DNA of 64,000 nucleotides, taken from Lama glama (taxonomy: Eukaryota). The stretch covers positions 6,326,001-6,390,000 of the forward strand of contig CM052816.1 of NCBI GenBank assembly GCA_028534125.1, written 5' to 3'. Positions 63,924-64,000 of the stretch are shown one piece after another (position 1 is the first letter of the stretch; every line of letters starts with the position of its first letter). The notes beneath the pieces were generated by a model. The model was not told the origin of the DNA and searched no databases. It was given only the letters and a program-made list of their open reading frames with translations. The position numbers were made by a program, and so were the translations under genes.

Positions 63924-64000
63924 TGATGAATCCCTGTCACTTTATGCTGACCCGGACATACACTAAACATGTCTCCCCCACTTTGTTTTCTTCAGGAAAA
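63924..64000 (+). other. Candidate 3' splice acceptor; exon would start at 63996
   Basis: Branch-like gctgac/actaaac, tract ctcccccactttgttttcttcag|G, ~70-nt AG-free zone. Confidence 0.5.

Noticed and set aside
63996..64000. Naming the host gene (FGGY considered because one of its exons starts GAAA after a long intron)
   Set aside because: Five bases are uninformative and the expected preceding exon is not in the window
1..64000. CRISPR arrays, operons, rRNA or other prokaryotic systems
   Set aside because: Sequence is mammalian; no regularly spaced repeat-spacer structure or gene-dense region

Overview
Mammalian genomic DNA, most likely camelid (camel/alpaca/llama), judged from a tRNA-Ala(AGC)-derived Vic-1-type SINE at ~51.4 kb and repeated lineage-type L1 3' ends. 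The window is dominated by interspersed repeats: young 5'-truncated L1s (two with twin-priming 5' inversions), three ERV1-type solo LTRs, MaLR/MLT LTRs, hAT and Tc1/mariner fossils, HAL1, and many MIR/L2. There are also microsatellites and a 500-N gap. I recognise no protein-coding gene: the listed ORFs are L1 ORF2 remnants, N artefacts or chance ORFs. Nearly all young L1s and ERV LTRs lie on the minus strand and a strong plus-strand splice acceptor sits in the last bases, so the window is probably intronic sequence of a large plus-strand gene, with a few candidate exons and enhancer-like islands. Repeat family names come from recalled consensus sequences, not a search, and boundaries of old repeats are approximate. 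I found no convincing novel biological system; the findings are modest.
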